A DNA stretch of 64,000 nt. It comes from a virus. Lineage: Duplodnaviria; Caudoviricetes. The DNA lies in the IMG/VR virus record IMGVR_UViG_3300027914_000334, positions 1-64,000 of that record; one strand, written 5' to 3'. Of this stretch, positions 59,248 through 64,000 are shown piece by piece. Made by a program: the position numbers and the translations under genes. Under the pieces are notes generated by a model. That model was not told the origin of the DNA, ran no database searches, and was given only the letters and a program-made list of their open reading frames with translations. Each line of letters starts with the position of its first letter. Within the stretch, counting starts at the first letter, position 1.

Positions 59248-59316
59248 AAGAGACTCCTATTATCGAAAAATAGATAATAGGAGTCTCTTGACAACAGGGT
59301 GGTGTTTTGATATATT
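59248..59316 (+). promoter_or_regulatory. hairpin containing a TATC-N8-GATA site, overlapping a sigma70 promoter
   Basis: 17-bp arms AAGAGACTCCTATTATC/GATAATAGGAGTCTCTT; TTGACA(59288)-17 nt-TATATT. Confidence 0.7.
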
Positions 59317-59322
59317 CATCTC

Positions 59323-59613
59323 ATGAGAAGAACCACCGCAAGCGATATCCAAATGATCCGATGCCGGGGAAACCGGCTGGCGACCCGTTCTGAAGACCTT
59401 TTCAAACAGTTAAAACCCTTGTTTGAAAAGGGAACCACAGTCAAAGAAATTTCCTACCATATAGACTTTTCCCGAGACTACATCACTCATCTCTTGGAGG
59501 GGATAGAGGATATGGGATTGATCTATAAGAAGAGAATCGGTAGGTATTACCACTGGTTTGTAAATGATGTGGAGGACGATGAATATGAAAACGAGAGAGG
59601 ATATATTGATTGA
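59323..59613 (+). CDS. winged-HTH transcription regulator-like protein
   Basis: TVKEISYHIDFSRDYITHLLEGIEDMGLIYKKRIGR..HW. Confidence 0.7.
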   Translation: MRRTTASDIQMIRCRGNRLATRSEDLFKQLKPLFEKGTTVKEISYHIDFSRDYITHLLEGIEDMGLIYKKRIGRYYHWFVNDVEDDEYENERGYID

Positions 59614-59782
59614 ACTTAGATTACTTAGAAGGTCACAGATACAGGTACTTAACAAGTTCTGTAAGGAAAATGGCATCTGTGATAGGTGCCACAATCCAAA
59701 CAGGCCGGTAATCGGGGCAAGTAAGTGTCAGTTCTGCCTTGATTATCTAAAGAAGTATGCGAAGGACAGGAGAACACTATGA
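59579..59782 (+). CDS. small Zn-finger protein (paralog of next ORF)
   Basis: CKENGICDRCHNPNRP...CQFCL. Confidence 0.65.
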   Translation: MNMKTREDILIELRLLRRSQIQVLNKFCKENGICDRCHNPNRPVIGASKCQFCLDYLKKYAKDRRTL

Positions 59783-59985
59783 ACAAGATCGAACAGAAGG
59801 TCAAAGATTTCTTGGAATTCAAAAAGAAGCACAACAAAGAGTTTACAGATTACTGTCGGGAGAATCAAATTTGTCTTAAATGCCACAATCCAAACAAGCC
59901 TATTAAAGAAGGTAATAGTTCTTGTGATGACTGCCTTCATAAAATGAGAAGTTATTATTACAACAGAAATAAGGATGAAGAATGA
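59779..59985 (+). CDS. small Zn-finger protein
   Basis: CRENQICLKCHNPNKP...CDDCL. Confidence 0.65.
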   Translation: MNKIEQKVKDFLEFKKKHNKEFTDYCRENQICLKCHNPNKPIKEGNSSCDDCLHKMRSYYYNRNKDEE

Positions 59986-60158
59986 TGAAAGAACTATTGA
60001 TAATAGTAGCGGCAATTATAATATGGTTTCATGGTGTAATTTTTGGATTTGGTAAAGGTGAAGAATATGCATACAAAGAAGCAATTAGCAAAGGTGCTGG
60101 TACATACGTTGTTGATAACAACAAAACCATAAGCTTTAAGTGGAATTGTGAGAAATAG
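59982..60158 (+). CDS. small membrane-anchored protein (not in ORF track)
   Basis: MMKELLIIVAAIIIWFHGVIFGFG...FKWNCEK*; ATGA overlap. Confidence 0.55.
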   Translation: MMKELLIIVAAIIIWFHGVIFGFGKGEEYAYKEAISKGAGTYVVDNNKTISFKWNCEK

Positions 60159-60159
60159 A

Positions 60160-60285
60160 ATGTGTTATACGGGCAAGTGTAAACACGAAGGTTACATGGG
60201 TGATTGTATTGCTATCATGGAAAATGGAAACGATGCGCGTGTGCGAAATGCGGTGTGTATCAAGAGTTATTTTGAGGAGAAATAA
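60160..60285 (+). CDS. 41-aa Cys-rich protein (not in ORF track)
   Basis: MCYTGKCKHEGYMGDC, similar to N-terminus of 61115-61300. Confidence 0.5.
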   Translation: MCYTGKCKHEGYMGDCIAIMENGNDARVRNAVCIKSYFEEK

Positions 60286-60286
60286 T

Positions 60287-60610
60287 ATGGATATTGGATT
60301 AGCTGCGTTGAAAAAGCTTCGGGAGGAGATTTCCAAAATCACATTGGAAGAGTATGAAAATCTCCTGGAAGAGAGTAAATCCTTTAATCCAAAACCTCAC
60401 TATTTTTTGGAAATCAATCGCACACACATCAGTGTTAGTTTAGAGTATTCTAGCGAAGTGCGAAGAAGTCTAATTGGAAAGTCTATTTATCAAATATGCG
60501 CTGAGTCAGACAATTCATTTCAAGTCACACAGAAAAATGAACTCAGCATAAACGTTGAAGGGCAAAATTTGTATCCTGCAAATGAAGTCTCAATAGGGGA
60601 AGCATCGTAA
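60287..60610 (+). CDS. hypothetical protein coupled to SecB-like gene
   Basis: GAGGAG RBS before MDIG; TAATG overlap with next gene. Confidence 0.6.
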   Translation: MDIGLAALKKLREEISKITLEEYENLLEESKSFNPKPHYFLEINRTHISVSLEYSSEVRRSLIGKSIYQICAESDNSFQVTQKNELSINVEGQNLYPANEVSIGEAS

Positions 60611-61010
60611 TGGAGAATCAAGAATTTCGATTCTTGGGATATCGAATTAGCAAGTATTCATTTGAGATAGCAGAAACTTTTGGACAAACAGAAACAAATT
60701 TCTCGCAGGACATTAAGGTCACTAACCGTGTTTTTGAGGAAGAAAGGCGCGTTGTCGAGGTTACTATGGATCATAAAGTTGATACCGACACTAAGACCTT
60801 TTCTTCATTTACGCGAATTGTTGGTGTTTTTGAGGTAAGCAAAAGCATGGATCAAGCATTGTTTGAAAGAGCTAGAGACGATTTATTTAACGCTCACGTT
60901 AGATTTGGCAAGGCAATAAAGGATTTATTTCTAGTTCTACATCACAGGCGGGGATTCCTGCGGTAATTGTTCCAATCGTAAATTTGACAAAGGCTAAACC
61001 AGCAACCTAA
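60610..61010 (+). pseudogene. SecB-like chaperone with C-terminus out of frame
   Basis: Frame 0 has SecB-like beta strands (FRFLGYRI...IVGVFEV); the -1 frame (60921-61010) has FISSSTSQAGIPAVIVPIVNL. Confidence 0.65.
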
Positions 61011-61114
61011 CTGCTAATCTGATTTGGAACAAGTTTGTGTGCTATCTCACAGGAAAGATGTGGTAGTTGATTATTTAAAACATCACTGTTATACTTTTAG
61101 TCGAGGAATAAGAT

Positions 61115-61300
61115 ATGTGCAAAAGCGGGAAATGTTCTTACGAAGACCATAAAGGTATGTGTTCATTGGATTGCGTAGAAAATCTACCATGCCACCCAGA
61201 GGTTCTGAAAGTCAAGAAATATGAAACTGGACTTCATCTAGTTTCTGTTGTAGCATTGTTTCTTCTGGGAATTCTACTTGGCATAATGACGGCGCATTAA
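61115..61300 (+). CDS. small Cys-rich protein with C-terminal TM
   Basis: MCKSGKC..E...G.C; hydrophobic C-terminus; GAGG RBS. Confidence 0.55.
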   Translation: MCKSGKCSYEDHKGMCSLDCVENLPCHPEVLKVKKYETGLHLVSVVALFLLGILLGIMTAH

Positions 61301-61301
61301 T

Positions 61302-61433
61302 ATGAACATAGACTGGATTTTATTTGCTGGATGTTCGCTATTACTTAGCGTAATAGTGGTCTTTGTAATGGAAGAAGCATATTCCGTATTTATATCGCAA
61401 AAATCAAAAGAAAAGGACAATAACCATGTGTAA
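61302..61433 (+). CDS. small membrane protein (not in ORF track)
   Basis: MNIDWILFAGCSLLLSVIVVFV... Confidence 0.45.
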   Translation: MNIDWILFAGCSLLLSVIVVFVMEEAYSVFISQKSKEKDNNHV

Positions 61434-61668
61434 CTGTGATGAAGCCTGTGAAAGCTGTTCCTGTGAATCAAAGGAAACCATGACCGAACTTCTGGCGCGG
61501 CTGATGTTCGATAGTAACATTACCGTAGAGGACTTTTCCAAGAAAGCCCAGATTCCGGTAAAGCATATCGAAGCTATTCTTTCTCAAGATAGTGACAATA
61601 TCGATACTGAATGTCTGTTTAATGCCTTCATGGAAAATTACAGACCGGTATTCGCTAAGATGGTATGA
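61426..61668 (+). CDS. XRE-type HTH protein
   Basis: ITVEDFSKKAQIPVKHIEAILS. Confidence 0.55.
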   Translation: MCNCDEACESCSCESKETMTELLARLMFDSNITVEDFSKKAQIPVKHIEAILSQDSDNIDTECLFNAFMENYRPVFAKMV

Positions 61669-61817
61669 GTTGCGAAAACTGTAAGCTTCGTAAAATCATA
61701 GAGGACTTGTTAAAAGCATTGTCCTGTATTTTTGACGAGACTGAAGAAGAGAAAATCGAAGATATATCGATCCATGCTATAAGACAAGCAGAAAAGGATT
61801 ATAGCGAGTTTAAATAA
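61665..61817 (+). CDS. 50-aa hypothetical protein (not in ORF track)
   Basis: MSCENCKLRKIIE...; ATGA overlap. Confidence 0.45.
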   Translation: MSCENCKLRKIIEDLLKALSCIFDETEEEKIEDISIHAIRQAEKDYSEFK

Positions 61818-61832
61818 TTTCTGGAGGTTACA

Positions 61833-62210
61833 GTGTTTTATTATCGTTTAGGTAGTTATGGTTATGAATGTAGCGATTTTGTCACCCTTGCAAACGACAA
61901 AGAATTCACAGAATCTGAATTCGAACAATGCGTGATCGATGTAACCCCGTCTGTAATCGCGCAATATATAGAAGATTGTATCAAAGAATGTAACTACTCC
62001 CCAAACGCAGTCAAATTCGACGACATTGATAACATGGTAGTCGAAGCCCTGTGTAACAAGTACGGCTTCCAGAAGGTAACTCCCGTTTCGACAATCGCAA
62101 TATGGAAGTTTCTTGATCTTTGTCGTAAATATTCTGTCAACGAATACATGGATACCAACGTCACCAAAAATATAAGAAAGGCATACATGGAAAAATATGT
62201 TCAGCGATAA
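61833..62210 (+). CDS. hypothetical protein
   Basis: GGAGG RBS, GTG start. Confidence 0.65.
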   Translation: MFYYRLGSYGYECSDFVTLANDKEFTESEFEQCVIDVTPSVIAQYIEDCIKECNYSPNAVKFDDIDNMVVEALCNKYGFQKVTPVSTIAIWKFLDLCRKYSVNEYMDTNVTKNIRKAYMEKYVQR

Positions 62211-62365
62211 AGATGTGATTACGATGCAGTATGAAATGATGAAAATGGAAGAACTTCTACAGAATGTTAAATGCAAATCAAACAGTCAGTATGAGGTTGA
62301 TAGGATAGCCGAGTTTTTAAGTGCTATAAGGGAGTTTCAGGCATACCTTAACCGAGTTTACTAAC

Positions 62366-62638
62366 ATGGTGGTAAACGAATACCGACAAACAGGTGTATG
62401 GAAGAAATGTTCCAAGTGTGGAAATGTAATAAGTGTTGCTAGAGATAGCGACACGACTACAAATTACTCTGGAAATACAGAAAGCTCATATTCCTGTCCA
62501 CAATGTAAGACCACATACATTTCCACTAAGCCATATGATAGATGTATTACACCTAAGTCAAAACCAAAACATTACTGTAAGATTTGCAATAATTCTGGAT
62601 ATGATCGTAAAGGTAAACCTTGTAGAGATTGTAGATAA
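62366..62638 (+). CDS. Zn-ribbon protein
   Basis: Four CxxC pairs. Confidence 0.6.
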   Translation: MVVNEYRQTGVWKKCSKCGNVISVARDSDTTTNYSGNTESSYSCPQCKTTYISTKPYDRCITPKSKPKHYCKICNNSGYDRKGKPCRDCR

Positions 62639-62649
62639 GGAGCTAATAA

Positions 62650-62811
62650 ATGTATCACTTATTGTATAAGTCGAAGATCGGAGGCGTCTTTCTTGCCTCT
62701 TTCGAGCATATAGCAGAATTCGATGCCTTTATCGAAAGAACCGGAGACAATACGATATGGGCAAAGGCTATCGATGACGATGGGAAGGTTCTGAGGATAT
62801 ACAATCAATGA
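62650..62811 (+). CDS. 53-aa hypothetical protein (not in ORF track)
   Basis: AAGGAG RBS; MYHLLYKSKIGG...; ATGA overlap with next gene. Confidence 0.55.
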   Translation: MYHLLYKSKIGGVFLASFEHIAEFDAFIERTGDNTIWAKAIDDDGKVLRIYNQ

Positions 62812-63191
62812 AGCGAGATACATTTGATACGTTTAAAGCTGTAGAACAACGATACCATGAACTGAAAGAAGAGATTTCTACAGATGCGATAATGGTAGCG
62901 AAGAATGTAGCGAAAATTCGCGGGGAACACATCAATGGTTCTTCGTATAACGTGGAGTTTGACGAAGAAAACGTAACAATAACGGCTTTTAACAACGATG
63001 ATTATGATATTATGACCTACCCATTGGAATATCTCTGGAATAAGGACTATCTCGCAATAGAACAGAAGAGGCAAGAACTTCTGAGGATGGAGATGGAACT
63101 ACAACGGAAAGAAAGAGAAAAACTACGGGAGATAGCAGAATACGAACGATATCTTGTGATGAAAAGGAAATACGAACCAGATGAGCAATGA
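62808..63191 (+). CDS. hypothetical protein (paralog of 63420-63665)
   Basis: VAKNVAKIR...YPLEYLWN, coiled-coil tail. Confidence 0.65.
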   Translation: MKRDTFDTFKAVEQRYHELKEEISTDAIMVAKNVAKIRGEHINGSSYNVEFDEENVTITAFNNDDYDIMTYPLEYLWNKDYLAIEQKRQELLRMEMELQRKEREKLREIAEYERYLVMKRKYEPDEQ

Positions 63192-63420
63192 AGTAAAAGT
63201 AACTTATAATGGAATTGGATTTTTCGGGCTTCTTACAATCGTATTGATTGCTCTTAAATTAACTGGACAAATCACATTGGGGTGGTTGTGGATTCTTGGA
63301 ATTCCGTTCATTCCTGTGTTAATAGCCAATGGAATTTGGCTGATTATAGGATTCTTTGCCTTAGCTGGAGCAACGGTAGTATGTGTGACTAAGTATATAC
63401 AAGACAGGAAATACCGATAA
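63181..63420 (+). CDS. small two-TM membrane protein
   Basis: GIGFFGLLTIVLIALKLTGQITLGWLWIL motif. Confidence 0.7.
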   Translation: MSNEVKVTYNGIGFFGLLTIVLIALKLTGQITLGWLWILGIPFIPVLIANGIWLIIGFFALAGATVVCVTKYIQDRKYR

Positions 63421-63665
63421 TGGATAAAGATTTAATAGAACAATATATCCTACTAAAATCACAATTGGATATGATTGAAAGCGATATCAAGGCTCACGCA
63501 TCCAATGTTGCTAAGGAAGTTGCCAAACTTAGAAAAATAGAGACAAGTGAACGGTGCGATATCAATATAAGCGATACTAATATTTGTGCAACATGGAGAA
63601 CAATGTTTGGAGTTTCATGGGTTAATTTCCCACTTAGCTACTTATGGGACGGCATAGATGAGTAA
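63420..63665 (+). CDS. hypothetical protein
   Basis: VAKEVAKLR...FPLSYLWD. Confidence 0.6.
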   Translation: MDKDLIEQYILLKSQLDMIESDIKAHASNVAKEVAKLRKIETSERCDINISDTNICATWRTMFGVSWVNFPLSYLWDGIDE

Positions 63666-63763
63666 AAAGTTGGAAAATGAAATCTGGTTGATGCTTCTTA
63701 AATTTCTAGGAATTTGTTTATCTGTAGGCACTACATTACTCTATATCATATCTGGAGAATAAA

Positions 63764-64000
63764 ATGAACAAACCAAAAATAGGATATAAGGTTGTAGAGA
63801 TAAGAGATGGCAAATATTTTTCTTCGTCCACCAATTCAAGTGCCAAAAAGCGATACCATATTAATCGTTTTGTAAAAAGACGCCCCTATTTTGGGGCACT
63901 GTGTCTCTTTAAAAATCTAAAAGACGCAAGAAAATATTCTGAAATGTTCGTTCAACAGTTTGTTATATTTCAAGCAGAATATATTCCTAGTGAGGATAAA
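63764..64000 (+). CDS. hypothetical protein, runs off window end
   Basis: GGAG RBS; MNKPKIGYKVVE... open to the end. Confidence 0.55.
   Translation, partial: MNKPKIGYKVVEIRDGKYFSSSTNSSAKKRYHINRFVKRRPYFGALCLFKNLKDARKYSEMFVQQFVIFQAEYIPSEDK

Overview
The window is a 64-kb segment of a large, AT-rich tailed bacteriophage. It has T4-like head genes (gp20-type portal, gp21-type protease, gp23-type capsid) and a long non-contractile tail: tube, frameshifted chaperone and a ~2,680-aa tape measure, with no sheath gene seen. The host is probably an anaerobic bacterium (class III RNR, peptidoglycan amidase). Layout: (i) 1-8.7 kb replication module (RFC-type clamp loader, SNF2 helicase, iteron-like array beside an HTH initiator-like gene, ParB-like protein, primase); (ii) 8.8-45.9 kb minus-strand lysis/tail/head/terminase operon; (iii) 45.9-64 kb plus-strand nucleotide metabolism (dNMP kinase, thyX, nrdDG, dut), DNA MTase, rIIA/B and many small early genes. 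The best candidate for an undescribed system is a virion-modification system. A tail fibre whose distal ~1,300 aa are ~9% Cys lies in an operon that also carries three GT9/heptosyltransferase-like genes, three SAM methyltransferases, a pyruvyl-transferase-like gene and a C39-like protease. Other notable items: a terminase gene split by a trans-splicing intein with an HNH-AP2 endonuclease between the halves, an intein at the NrdD active site, a TATC-N8-GATA operator in fixed register with six promoters, a candidate anti-Shine-Dalgarno sRNA, and a frame-broken SecB-like chaperone. All calls come from reading motifs by eye; no database searches were run.
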